A stretch of 52,881 bases of DNA, filler included, from Jimgerdemannia flammicorona (GCA_003990765.1; 2 parts of 2 records of this genome joined end to end with filler, not necessarily neighbours in it), one strand, 5' to 3'; positions 26,630 through 39,938 are shown, counted from the whole stretch's first letter. Notes: generated from the letters alone by a model not told the origin. Made by a program: numbers and translations.

Positions 26630-28186
26630 CTCGCGAATGACCATTGTGAGGTACAACATGTTCTTGGTCTCTTCCAGCGATGGTATGATATCCTTCGGCT
26701 CATCACCGAGAAAGCTGATGATCTCTTCCCTGGCCTTTATTTGAATGTCCTATGCAAGTAATTTGTTGAAGAAATGCAAGGCTATTGGGTGAACATAAAT
26801 CCATGCTTACTTGAAACGACCATCAGTATATGCTCCCTATACCTTATGCTTCGCTAAATAGTAAACTGTGGTCGTGAGACTGCTTGATGTTGTGTCGTGC
26901 CCGGCCCTATCATAATAAATCTCGAATGTTTAGGCCAACAAATTCCTTGAAAAACGTAGGAAAATGACACTAAACAAACTGAGACTTACATAAAGAAAAG
27001 GGCCATGCTGTCTCTCAGCTCCTTCGACGTCAGTGGTGCTCCTTTTTCCAAGCCCTCCACTTCCATCATTAGGTCTAGTGTGTCCTTGGACATGTCATCC
27101 CGCGACCCGTACGGTTTATCACGGTGCTCCTCACGCTTCTTCTCAATTATACTGTAGAAGAGCCCGTCCATGTCGTCCAGAGCCTTGTGGACCTTAGCGC
27201 GCTTCGGAAAGAAGTACGTCATCTTCTCGAGGAAGGGAAAGATCATGAAGAGCGGGTCAGCGACGCCTTCCATGATGCAGTTGTAGGCGTCTGCATATTT
27301 GGAGAACTGGTCTTCGAGTGCCTGATGCCAACAGTTGGGAAAATAAACGCTTAACTTTCGATACTCTATACGGCCCACGGCATTGATAAATGGAACTAAG
27401 GTGCCGAAATGTATGTATAAATTACCCGGAAATCAGTCCCAAAAATATGTATACCCATGACGTCAAGTGTGACGCGTTGGCTCAGGTTGCGGAACTCGAT
27501 TAGCGACCCGTTCCTCTGGATTGTTGCAAACATCTTGATGGCAAAATCGCCGATAAATTTCGTGTCGACCGGAGGATTGAACGCGCGGTTGGCGAACATT
27601 CGGTGTCGTTTCCATAGCTGGTGGACAAGCAAATGGTCAGGAACGCTTGGCTTGGGGTTTGCTCTATGAATGTGTCTCAAATGAATTGTTACCTCGCCGT
27701 TGGAGGAAACAATGGTATGACCTCCAAGGAATCTCGCAAAGACGGCCTCCTTGTTACGGCGGAAGATGTCCATATTACCGAGTGCCTTCGGGAAGATGTC
27801 TATATAAAAATGGAATAACGCAAGGTCCGTCAACTGTTAAGGTGGGTGGAACCTCCGAGATATTATTTAGTAGACACCGTAAGTTTACCGATTTGGGTCA
27901 ATATCTGCTTGGCTAAGTCAGGTTCGGCGACATATACGATCCATAGGCCGCGCTTCCACTTGCGTACGAGGCCTTCTTTGGTAAGTATTGCGTTAATAGT
28001 GCGTTCCTCACGCACGTCATATGGGGTGCCCTTGAGCATGTATCCAAGGGTGGTAAATAGTGGGATTGCCGGAACGTTTCGGATCCCATTGGGGACGCGG
28101 AATATCCCGTAGATCTTGCTGCCCACGTAGGATGCCAAGACAGCTGTGAATACGGGTACAGCATATTCAAGCGGTAGCAATGACAT
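26630..28186 (-). CDS. Cytochrome P450; 3' part including the heme-binding motif missing in the gap
   Basis: N-terminal TM anchor MSLLPLEYAVPVFTAVLASYVG, WKRHRMFANRAF (WxxxR), RVTLDVMG, LRDSMALFFM|AGHDTT (I-helix), and YLTMVIRE (start of ExxR). Confidence 0.92.
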
Positions 28187-28507
28187 AGTGCTCTGGTTTT
28201 TCGATGACGGCGGTGAATGACAACATTGAAAAAAAAGTCGAAAGGAGCTTAAATAGACACGTCAAATGAAAAGTATCCGCAGGAAGGATGTGTGAGGTTC
28301 CGAGCTGGACACGCGACCGTGACGACTATTTCTATTGTTGGCCAAATACATAAATTGGTTAGGCCTACCATGCATTAGTGTTAACACCTCTTTGATTTTA
28401 GGTTTAAAAACAGGAACTTTTTGCTACTTAAAGTACATAAAATCTGAAGTTGAAGGTGCAGAACAAGCCAATCTTTCACAAGCAAGCACCCTCACAGAAC
28501 ACCGTGG

Positions 28508-28615
28508 CAACTATTTAAGCCAACCTCTGCACTGCACAGCAAACCAATTCCGATATTCATTTTGGTGGAATCAACATCATTTTTCTGGTAGACGTCAACT
28601 TGCCGGCGAGTGTGC
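28508..28615 (+). mobile_element. Short relic of a Pif1-family (Helitron-like) helicase
   Basis: ATI*ANLCTAQQTNSDIHFGGINIIF followed by a frameshifted SG..QL, resembling the Pif1 motif (P)FGG(I/V)NII(F/L)xGDFxQLPPV. Confidence 0.45.
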
Positions 28616-31600
28616 CAATCATGTTGGTTCCCACGCGAACAATTTTCCGTGGAACCCGCTGCGCCCAGGGGTGCTTAGCAAAACGTTTTTTGCGTGTCAC
28701 ATCTTGTCACTTCCAATGTTTGGGACTATGAACCAAGGTTGCTACCAAATTACATGCTGCCGAACAGACGATATTTAGAGTGAATACAGATACAGAAACC
28801 CCGATATACGTCCTTGGAAAGCATGGAAGAGCGCGTGATTTTTTATTTTATTTTTTTTTTAACTAACTAGGATGCCCATCTTTTACAAGAAAGTGACAAA
28901 CCTGCTGGTAAAATCCAGTATCTTCATTCGCCGAGCATATAGACTAACAAAGTCCTCCGATATACCTTCTATTAATTAAGGATTTGTTGAGTATTATTAA
29001 GAGCCGACATGAAGGATATATGTTTTTCATAACTATTTTCCATTTCCATCGTTCACCGCTCGCCCCGTTTGCATATGGCGAATTTTCAAGTACTTGTGAA
29101 TTCAGTCCGAGGTTCAGCAGCTCGCCGATTTCGAGGTAACGAAGGTGGTGTGCCTATGCCGCTGAGGCTAGTGAGAGCGATACGCCTACAGCAGGCAATC
29201 TTCTTGTTCGGCAAGCTCTCCATTTTATCTATAACATCTTAACGTCCAACGAATCGACTATTTCTCGCCTTTGTCACATGAAACACGGTGTCCGGTGGTA
29301 ACAACTAATGTAGTACAAGTGAATAACATTCTATCAAGTACTATCCTTAGAGAAATCTGCATTATCCCCAGTCTGTACAGACCCATTAAACATGGGTCAT
29401 ACTCCGTATAGAATGTCCCAGAGCACCCTGTGCGGATCAGAATGAGAAGGTCCGAAACTAAAGTCACGCAGCCTATGCAGGCATTCAAAAAGGGGTTGTG
29501 TTACCCTCAGCCACCTACGCCACAGTTATTGGTCACACATAATTGGAGAGATTTGTTAATTGTGCTAAAGGGACTCACCATTTAGTGTAGAGGGATAGGA
29601 TGTATACACTTTAGAATCGAGATTCTGAAAACGCTCTCTTTCAGCAAGTTATGTAAGGGCACTTGCTCCAAAGTCGACGCGTCCTAAATCGAGCCTTGTG
29701 GAACACCATTCAAGTCTCCATGCCAGCTGATTCAGCAAACCTTTAGTTGTTTCAGCTTGCGTGTACGTCGGGAAGAAGTGCGTTGGTGCTTACGTATCCC
29801 ATAGTGGTAGTCAGGAAAATTCTTTATAGATATTGGGTATTCGTCGTTGGCAAAAAATCAGTCTCGAAAGAATTGGAACTATAGAAATTGCGCATTCATG
29901 CAAAAAATGAGTTTCTTGGGATTCTGCATATTCATAGATCGCTTTTCAAGCTCGATAGTTGCATTTCGACGCTTTACGTAAGCAAACGTGCCGACAATTT
30001 CAAGCACTCAATTTTGGTGGAACACTATGCGAAACATCCCGCGCCCCAAACACCCCGCATCGGGCAAATGTCCCGCATCTTGCATCGGGCCCCGCGTCGA
30101 GCAAAACACCCCGCGTTGGACACGCCTATGTCAAGAGCATAGCCACTAGACATCGCGCCCCACCACTGCAACCAGCTCCGTCCCATCGAGAAGGGCATGT
30201 GTCCCCAGCCTTACGCACAGCATCGATGTTGTCACCATAGTTGAGCCCAAGCATTTGCCGAAGCTGCCGTTACTCTGTGATGAAATCCGTCGCTATTGCG
30301 TGATAGTCCATACATTAATTTATTCTCATGCACTCCCGACGCTTGACAACAGTTTTGTTTTTTCAATGTGATTTTATTTCGCGATTCCTTGACCTCCATC
30401 CATTCTTCTTTCTTCACCTACAGAAAAACAGTGTGCCGCGTTGTCGGCTACGGATTGCTGAAGGTAGAGGCTGAGCAAGATGCATGGATTTGACGGCGCC
30501 ATGCTAAGTAGATGTAGCAGATGATGAAGAGGAGTGTGCGGAGGGGAAGATGGGGTATGACCAAATCGAAAACTTTGGGGCAACAGTGTTCATGGGTTTG
30601 AGACGTGGAGTTTGTTGGCGTAATTCGAGTCAATCGATAAACCAGAGTTACATGACAAACCGATTTCCACAACTATATACCAATACGAGACGCAACAATT
30701 TGGACCGCAATTTTTGTCGATAAAATTAAAATTTTGGTGCTTTGCTTTTTGCGCGCCGAGTCAATTTGTGAACTAATCCTACACACATCAGGCATAAAAA
30801 TAATCTGGTATGCTGAAACCAGGATGTATTTAATTACATACTGACGTCGCGTAAGACCCGTAAGAAATCTCACCGTCCGCTTGTGAAATTTCCTCAGGGA
30901 ACTGATCCCGGAGCTCTGTGATGCATGAATATGTTCGAGGAGGTCGCCCGTTCGAGATTGTAGCAATATCCCCCACTTTATATCCCGCAACCATGCCATA
31001 TTTGGGTCATGCATTATCGGCATGCACAGAGATTTCGTGAAGACTGAAAATAAGAAAGAAAAGCCACGCCCCTGGCTCCGGGTGTAGTTTTCGAATTGGG
31101 TGTCGGCGGAGAGCCTCATCCAAAATTTGCTTATGAAGTTCGTGACCTGTCAGTCGGAACTCCCCTAAGCCTTCGATGTCATCCAACAAATGGGTGACGA
31201 CTTTGAGCACGCAGATCCTTTAGATGATGGCACGACATGGCGACGCGAGGTGGTCTCGCAGGATCATATCACGTAAATCATAATTCGATTCAAAATCCTC
31301 GCCGATTTACAGCGTGTGAACGGGCGGATTTACCTCCCGGAGATCGGAGGTAGATGCCCAACGAACCACGGTGGCCCTGGCGTTTTTTATGTGGAATGTT
31401 GGATCTATCTTGTATGACGGGAACGCGGTTTTGACCCAAGGCGTGTAGGCTAGTTTGAGGAACTTGTGCGATATGAGGCACCATGCTCACAGGTCGGAAA
31501 GCGATGATTTCTTCGTGGACGGTTATGGGTGGTTGAGTGTAGTGCATTGCGGTGGTGATGGATGCGGGAAAGAAAGGCTGGATAGGGAGCACTGCGCCAT

Positions 31601-31703
31601 CCGAAATAGTCTAACTTGACGACACCCGCAACCGTTTGTTCGTTTCGTAAACCCGCCCGCTTGATTCGCCAAACCCTCCCGCGAGTTCTGCTCTCCTCCC
31701 CAG

Positions 31704-31860
31704 GCTCTCTCGCCCCCGCGGCTGGCAATGAGGTAGCACTTCGTCGGCGTCACTGGCCAAAATTCTGAGCTACTTTATAACCCTTCACGGTCGCTGTTCT
31801 CGTGTTCGCAATGTGATCGTAGACTGTATGAGAAATGCTCGTCTCACCGACAGCAGGAGA
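31704..31860 (+). repeat. Diverged ~155-bp direct repeat, copy 1 (copy 2 at 34480-34630)
   Basis: Shares ctctcgccc..cggctggca..cacttcgt(c/t)ggcgtcactggccaaaatt..agctacttt..aacccttc..gtgatc..aatg(c/t)tcg..cgacagcag with copy 2. Confidence 0.8.
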
Positions 31861-31991
31861 ACCAGCCCTAGATTCGCAAACGACCTGAGCTACTACCTCT
31901 TTGGAGAATGATACATCGGCAACACAACCGGTCACGTAAGTAATTTGGTTTCTGCCTATTTTTTTTATTTTTATTTTTTACGCTTTTTGAC

Positions 31992-33254
31992 AGGTAAATT
32001 TCACAATCTAATAATGACGCTCCCATACACCGACTGCACACAGGAATGGAAAAGGTGTCGCCAGTCCTATTCACCTCCCTTACAGCCCAGATTCCTCGCT
32101 CCAGCCTTGCTTCCATATGTCATCGAATGCGTCAACAAACTCAACGAAGAACTTGGCCGTGGAGTTGAATGCCAGGATGAGCGACATTACATTCGGCATT
32201 GTTTGCAAATACTGCTTCGGGTATGCGATGAGGAACTCGATTTCCAAGACGTCAACAGCAGGGAAAACCTCAAGGTAAGAAAATCAACTTTCGTCTTTCG
32301 CATGCGTAACTTCTTTTTTTTTCTTTTTTCAGTGGGATTCAGCGCCATTCTGACCTTTTAAAATTGGAAATGCCATCAACGACCCTCGCAGAATGACTTC
32401 CTCGCCTTCTTCAAAGGTATCGCCTTCATATATCTCCGCGTTCCCGTCATCAAGCACACCGAATTGGGTCAGCGCGGCTACAAGCCCGCCCACAAGCGCC
32501 TTGACGCCTTTACCAATCGCGCCATTAAAAAATCCCTCGCCCAGGCCGTCCTCTTCCTCATCAGCAATACCGACAAGCCACACTTTCGTCCTCTAATTCA
32601 CGAATACCAACTTCGAGGAGGGCACCATCTTTGCTGGACACGACACTACCTCACATACAGCTTCATTTTATCGCCCAGCATCCTGAGGTTAAGCAGTGGC
32701 TTTTGAGGAGATCAGGAGTCAGTTGGGACCTGGCCCGATCGATCTCGCTGCTTTGACGACCGAGTCGTTGGGAAGCATGAAGTATTTTACTGCAGTCATT
32801 AAAGACGTCATGAGAATGTTCGAAAGATACCACTTTTGGGCGGAATGGTTCCAGCTGGTACATTATCTCAAATTTTCCCGCTCTCTTGCGTATACAGTAT
32901 CGTTTTGGACTGAAATTTACAATCGCTAATTCCGTTCCTAACCATTCGCCACCCTCTTCCTCTCCAACTCCTCTTCTCGAATCCCGAAAAGGTTGACCCG
33001 ACCCACTGGCTCGAACACGCCGACGCCGACACCTTGTAGGATGTCGACCACACTACGACAAAATCCACCAAACTTGAGCTCGTCTTCCGCACGCCTGCCT
33101 TGGCCTGGCTCAAGCTCCGTATCTTGATCGTCACAGTCGTGAACAAGTTCGAGCTCGAGCTCAAGCTCAGGAGGGAACCACGCTCGATACTTACATGATT
33201 TTCACCATGCTTCCCAAGGATGTCGTGTGGGTCACATTGAAGGAGCGTAATTAA
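31992..33254 (+). pseudogene. Degraded cytochrome P450 pseudogene
   Basis: EWKRCRQSYSPPLQPRFL..LLPYVIECVNKL (WxxxR helix), FEEIRSQLG..SMKYFTAVIKDVMRMF (ExxR-like), FSNPEKVDPTHWL (PERF-like), LAWLKLRILIVTVVNKFELEL, ..PKDVVWVTLKERN*. The heme FxxGxxxC motif and I-helix are missing; stops and frameshifts are present. Confidence 0.75.
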
Positions 33255-34479
33255 ACCGCCGGAGTCAGAGCCTTAAATGTCTTTGGTGGTTGGGTTGGTA
33301 TAGACCTAAACTTCAGTTTCGACAGGTCGAGGCGATTAAAAAAAGTGATTAGGAGTCTTAGATGGTCTTCTTTCAAACATTACTTTTTGTAAATAAACTA
33401 CCTTTGATATGCACATTTCCTGAAACACACTGCCATTCGGTACTAAATTGCTTCAACTGTGCGCTTATGCCAACCGCAAGCGATTCCGAATTTAGTCTTA
33501 AGGTCGCGGATGGCAGCCGTTCATATCCGGAATTTTAAGGATTAAAAAAATTCTTGTTATCGTGCGTCATTCACCGCAGCAACTAGAGATATTTGAATCT
33601 AAACCAGGAGTAAGTTTTCCTTAACAGCTGGCTCGTGACGATAGTCCGCCTTCAGTCAACAGGAAGTTTATTCACTAGGAAAAATCGCAAGGTTTGCATG
33701 TTTCACCTTGATAATTTTCACATACAACATTCAATGGTCCACTGTTGCATGTAAATTTGCAAGGAACATCGCTCCCATAATCGTACAGATGAAGAATACA
33801 TGTTTCCTTTGTTGCTACTATGTTTCATAACTCTTCCCATTTTCTAAACAAAATTATTCATTACCGTAAGATCCCAATATTTGTATGATAATAATTAGTT
33901 TCTCCGCGAACACCTATATTTTGTGCTGCCATGGCTCAATCAAAATAAAGGGTAGATTCTGGTATATGACTCCGGTTGATTTACGTACCGCTTAAATCCC
34001 CGTCTTACTACTCCGAACCCAACCCTCCCGTCCCTTCGTGAATAATAAATTGGATGAATATATGTTTGTGTATTGGGCGAATGCGTGCATGAGGAAAGTT
34101 CTGTCTCGAATGCGTTGCATCGGTCAGTTCGAAGAACCCGACATGAAAAGGTGTACAAGAGGGAGGTGGGTGGGAGTGAAAACCGTATGGTAGCGATTAA
34201 GCGGGATGGGAAGTGGTCAGGATGTTGGCGAACAATAATTGCATAATTGCTAATTATAAATGCATATTGCCTAATCGAGTAATACACGTCTTTAACGCGC
34301 TATCCCTTCGGGATCCCTTCAACCGCAATATGTAATATAAGAATCACAGTCACATTGAATATGGATGCTTAGTGATGTCAGCTAGATCTCTTCTAGATAG
34401 TGCCGCGTCTGGGTGCTCTCATCGCACGGAACACCAGTGCCCGTTTGCACAGCGGCTCCGCCTGTCTGTACTTGCTATG

Positions 34480-34630
34480 GCTCTCGCCCTTCGGCTGGCA
34501 GCGAGGGGGCACACTTCGTTGGCGTCACTGGCCAAAATTTTGGAACGAAGCTACTTTGCAACCCTTCGCCATTGCCATTTCCGTATTAGCGACGTGATCA
34601 GAGTAATGTTCGCCTCATCGACAGCAGAAG
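34480..34630 (+). repeat. Diverged ~155-bp direct repeat, copy 2
   Basis: See copy 1 at 31704-31860. Confidence 0.8.
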
Positions 34631-36211
34631 GAAACGAGGACCTGTGTATGAAGATACATATATACCACACACACTCTCTCTCTGTGCAGCGGCAGAGGAC
34701 GGCACTGAGATAACGGTGGAGTCAAGACGTTTGGCGTGCACCGCGACCTACCCCTATCGCCATACTACTTTTGTGGAAGAACACTGTCGGCTGGTAAACA
34801 GTACGGGATAGTAGACTGTGACTGGCAGCGCGGAGTTCGAGTATGACGAGATGGTTGGTTTTTCCTGGACTTGTCACCAGGAAAAATGACATATATACCA
34901 GTTTCGAGGACTTGGACGCCGTCAGTAAAGAGATTATTTTGGGTGCTGACAGTCGCGCATTTATCAGAACAACTTAGATGTTCCCAGAATTCTTCGATCT
35001 CGAGAGTGCAGGCTGTCCTTGTGTGCTTTTTTAAGCAATCATTCACCATGAAAACCTTCTACTCGGAAATATCTGACAAAAATCTCTCGTTGCGTTTTTT
35101 TTTTTTTTTTTTTTTTTTTTTCTGGCAATCAGTGGTATCATATGTTTGTCAGAGTACTCGATGCACATTAAAAAAAGAAGAAGAAAAAAGGGTCGGCAAG
35201 TGTTATAAGCGAATTGCTCGTTCGCAACGATATCGTGAGAATCAAGGCTTCCAAAATAAAAAATTAATCGTTGAATGAGTCAGGTTGCGGGGGGGGGGCA
35301 ACGTCTTCATGCGGCCTGAAGGAAAGCGAGCCGAAGGTCGATCGTTCTATTTTATTTATTTTAAAATGATGCCACTGGAAGCAAGGGTGTAGTAGAGCAC
35401 GCGAAAAATAGGACAAAAGGAAGTGGTTGGGAGGGTAGGTAAGTCGGCAAGAGAAACACAAGTGGATGTGCGTTCTGGTATTATATTTCATGCTATTGCG
35501 TAAAAAAAGCCTTTCTCTTTCATCGTTCTGCGCGCTTGAAATCTCACCAAGTAAACCACCCGACGTTTGCTTTGCTACCGTTTAAATACAATGGAATCAC
35601 ATTTTACATCTTGTAACCCAAATAACAAACTGTGTTGGCCATTGTCGCTCGCCATGTAAACTTCACCACACTTTACAATTCATCGTGTACATTGGAATTT
35701 TAACATAGGGAGTCCCTGTAACCACGCAGATGCATCTGAAAAAAGATTTGTATCACATAACGTGATGGCTTTGTCGGCGGCGATGTAAGAGTGTCGGCTT
35801 TCCCAAAAGGAAAATTGAAGTGGTGTAGTGACACCCCAACGCCAATTCTTTAGAAGCACTAGTGTGAGAGTTCTAGCAAATGAAATCGTTAATGTCTTTA
35901 TGAAACGTCCGATAGAAAACATCAAGACAGTTATTGTAGGACGTCCATGGCATCCGGAAGGTGAATAATCCTAAACTTTGCTCGTTTTGGGGATTTGGAA
36001 TCTATACCCCGAGAGAATATGCCTCTCTTCCTCTCTCCCCCTCCCCCCAAAAAAAACAAAATAAAATAAAATAAAAAATAGAACATTCCGCCCTGTAGAA
36101 ACCCGACATGCAAATTGTCAATCGACGCAGTGGCGGGCAGAATTTAAATTTTAAGCGATCACTCCTGCAAAATATATTAACAGACCGAATGGTCACGAAT
36201 GTAGAAAATGG

Positions 36212-36369
36212 TGTTGAAATTTCTATTATTTTGACATCTTGATAATGTGACTTATATGTAACTATGTCATCTTTGAGTTATGTTACTTGCAGCATAAATA
36301 CACACTATCTGGAATAATAAACAATGCTCCTCTCTTCTCCCCACACTATATTCCAACTAAGTTACAACA
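36212..36369 (+). repeat. Copia 5' LTR (158 bp)
   Basis: tgttgaaatttctattattttgacatc...ttccaactaagttacaaca; matches 52507-52654. Confidence 0.93.
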
Positions 36370-36371
36370 AA

Positions 36372-36383
36372 GGTTATGAGCCC
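36372..36383 (+). promoter_or_regulatory. Copia primer-binding site complementary to the anticodon arm of initiator tRNA-Met (hemivirus-type half-tRNA priming)
   Basis: GGTTATGAGCCC lies 2 nt after the LTR; its reverse complement GGGCTCATAACC matches the tRNAiMet anticodon stem-loop. Confidence 0.85.
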
Positions 36384-36914
36384 CACTTAGCAGCTAATAA
36401 GAAACACCTCTCTAAGACTATATGCTACTCTACACCAAGATGTCAGTGCAGATGAACCAAGGAACCAGCATGAGTATGACAAACACAGCAGGTGTGGATA
36501 CTCCTGGAATGGATATAATGGTCATAGTTCTCATAGTAAACATAAATATAGCCAAGAGGTTGATTTCTATCTTTGATAGTAAGAACTATACCATTTGGAT
36601 ATTCTATATGAGCAATCTTCTAAAAGAATACAACTTGACACAGTATATGAAACTGTAGGTACAGATTCAAGATTATGATACTGCAAATAATTACTGAGCA
36701 TTATAAGAGATTGCATCTATATTATCAAACTAATAAATGAAGCTTATAATGCATGCTATGACAGCTCACAATGTATAGGAGACTCTATATAATTATTATA
36801 TATAAGCATTCTCATCAAATTGATTTCATCTAAAATCTCAGCTATTCAATCTATAAATAAAACCCAAGAAGAGTATCTGTAAATATGCCAATTATATCAA
36901 TAATCTGATAAATC

Positions 36915-38096
36915 CACCCCTTTCTCTACTATCTTACCAGTTATAATGGTTTGGTAGGCAACCTTCCAAGTCCACTTTCTATAATTATTACCCCCTCTAC
37001 CTTGGGTTGGTTTGCTATACCTGTTGCAGGGCAGTGGGAGGGAGGCAATGGTGATGAGTTGCCTCTTTATTGGTGTCTGATCAGTGTCTTCTCCACTTTT
37101 TTGTAGTCTCTAGTGCCTTTGGCTGTATCTGGAGTACATCCATTTTGGTGCAGCACCTTCTTCCTTTTGCCATCACCAACAAGGTATTGTCTTGGTATAT
37201 CTCAGGCTATGTAGGAAGTCAGTTGACCTTGGGTATCAAGTGCTCAGTATAGGTTACCTGCAGGTCCTTGGTACCTATAGTGGAGTCCTCTGGCTTTGGC
37301 AAGCTTCCCAGTGAGTATGGTTCTGGTGTAGGTAACTGCTTTTTGGGTGTTGTCGGGATGGGAGGGGAGATGGCCATTACAGATAGGAGGAAGGGTGATA
37401 ATGGTGAACCAGTAGGATGCCAGGCTGGGGGCAGTTGTTGGGGCTGAGGTGGGTGCTACTTCAGTGGGGTCTTTTGATTGGTGTAGCATGGTTAGGTGGT
37501 AGGTGTCACTTTTGACTTCTTTTGGCGATTCATGGGGTTGGGCCCTGGTCATCTGGGGGGGTCAGGGGGTCCAAGGCTACCCATTTCAGGTGTCTTAGCT
37601 GCACTCAACTAGAACTGAGAGCTGATATGGCAATATGATTGAGGCCCATAGGCTTGAGTAGTGAGGTATTGGGGGTCTCCTCCTGCCTCATGTATAAGTT
37701 CTTTACTCACCTCAACTGGGAGAACTAGGCCCTACCCACTATGTTGTATTTTGATAAGAGTTTTTCTTTATCTATCATTCTCTTTGGAGTGGCAGAGGCT
37801 ATTCTATTCAGCTCAGATATGGTCTTATATATATATTGGGTTCTTGGGCATATGCTTTTGGTCATTGGCATATGGCTGGGTTTCTCCTGATGGTAGGGAG
37901 AGTATGGTGTGCAGAATGAGATATGGGCCAACATAGGCCCTACTGTACCTGATATGGTCAAGCTGTTGGACAATAGTTAGCTTAGGTTAATAGGGGGGCA
38001 GTACTTGATGGGTAGTGGAGGAGGGTTTTGGCCTATATATTCTAGGTTCTCTTCCAATAAAAATCTGTGGAACATTAAGTCTATTAAAAAAAAAAA
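36915..38096 (+). mobile_element. Poly(A)-tailed retroposed insertion (5'-truncated LINE, SINE-like element or retrocopy) inside copia gag
   Basis: 10-bp TSD CTGATAAATC (36905-36914) / CTAATAAATC (38097-38106); AATAAA at 38056-38061; A11 tail at 38086-38096. Removing the insert restores the gag frame IINNLIN|QVNSLRIPAE. Confidence 0.8.
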
Positions 38097-39938
38097 CTAA
38101 TAAATCAGGTAAATTCCCTAAGAATTCCAGCAGAGTATATTAGTAATAAAGACAAGATTCTGATTCTTATAAGAGATCTCTCTAAGGTATATAATATTTT
38201 AATAATAGCTATATATATATGAGAGTAGAAAACTTATAGACTACACTTATATAACAATGAGCCTCATCAATAAAGAGATGTATTAAGGAAATGGTAGTAA
38301 TGATGATGATGAGAAAAATATTCTACAGATTATACAAATGAGGTAAGAAGTATCAATAAGACCAAAAATATAAAAAATTTAATAAAAACTACCATTACTA
38401 TAGTAAGTATAAATATATACAAAATGACTGCTATTGTAAAAATAAGGAGAATGATAAAAATAAATATAAAAGTCAGTATTGATAATATGGGAGCAGTAGA
38501 AAGAAATATGATAACAAAGAGTAATATAATATAAATACTAGCAAAACTAATAAAAACCATATTTTATATATAAATAATATATGCTGTGCATTTGGAGAAA
38601 ATATCATTTAAATTTATATCTAAGCTATATACTTTTAAGCTGGTAAAAAGTAATAATATAAATAAAGTATATGTCAATATAGCTGATATCAATAATGTAT
38701 AGCTTATAAATTCAGATACTATATAATATATAATAGCCTACTAAGAATGATTCTCTATATATGAGTCTTTCAAGTATCTGATACTAATCAAATTAGATAA
38801 TAACAATATCATATATACTTAAGAAAGAGGAAATATCAGTATATATCTTTATAAAAATATCATAGAGCTTACTAATACTTTTAAGAATATACTATATATT
38901 CTAAAATAGGAAAGAATCTCTTTTCAATTAACAAAATAATGGCCTGAAGTAATAAAGAAATATATATATCTAATGAGAGCAATAGTATACAGTTTGAAGA
39001 ATGATAAGAAGATTATGATAGTATTGAATGAGATAATCTTTATAATCAATAGTATACCAAGTGATATAAAAATCTCTCTATATATAATAACTATATCTGA
39101 TATATCTAATATATAGTATCAATACTTAGAATATATAGAAAAATTGAGTCTAGAAAGAATGATTAGGAATAGATCTATACATATAAGAATTACTAGCAAT
39201 ATATTCTAATGATAACTTCTATAAATATTATATTTTAAATAAAGTATCCCAGTATCTATTTGGGAAACAGATGAAATATATATTCAGTATATTCAATTTA
39301 ATTTATTTAGATATATATAATCTAATATATACTACTTTCTATAAAGAGAAGAGATATTTTATTACATTTATCAATAATTATACATATAAAGTATATATAT
39401 ATTTCTTGTTGGTAAAGAGTGAAGTCTTGGAGAAATTCAAAGAGTTTAAAGTAATTGTGAAAAATAAAACAAGATGTAAAATATATACTATATACTCAGA
39501 CAAGAGATATAAATATATCAATAGTATATTTAAGTAGTATCTGAGAAAATATAGTATATACTATCAGATAACAGTGCTATATATATTATAGCAGAACTGT
39601 ATAGCTGAGCAATTTAACTATACAGCTATAGAAATATATAGTGAGTATAGATCAGATTATCATATTCTTATTAGGCTGAAGTCATCAATATAGTAGTATA
39701 TATATATAACTAATATATATCTCAAGTATTGAGTAAGGAATCTGACAATAATAATAAGTAATCAAGAAATAATAATAATCTTACTCCTGAGTAGAACAAA
39801 GTCTGATATATCACATCTATATATATTTGAATACAATATATATATTTCTAATAAGAATAATACTATTTAATACAAGTTTGAGCTAAAAGCTGGTAAGTAT
39901 GTATATATTTCTTAGATATTCTAGCAAGATATATATAT

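Noticed and set aside
29380..29470. Minus-strand FSFG...VLWDILYGV*PMF as a protein kinase subdomain IX relic
   Set aside because: Spacing is wrong and no other kinase motifs were found nearby; too weak to call
33300..36200. Short ORFs in the long intergenic region before the copia
   Set aside because: No recognisable motifs or consistent exon structure; homopolymer-rich non-coding DNA
38330..38560. Very hydrophobic 76-aa minus-strand ORF resembling a membrane protein
   Set aside because: It is the antisense reading of A-rich, hypermutated copia gag
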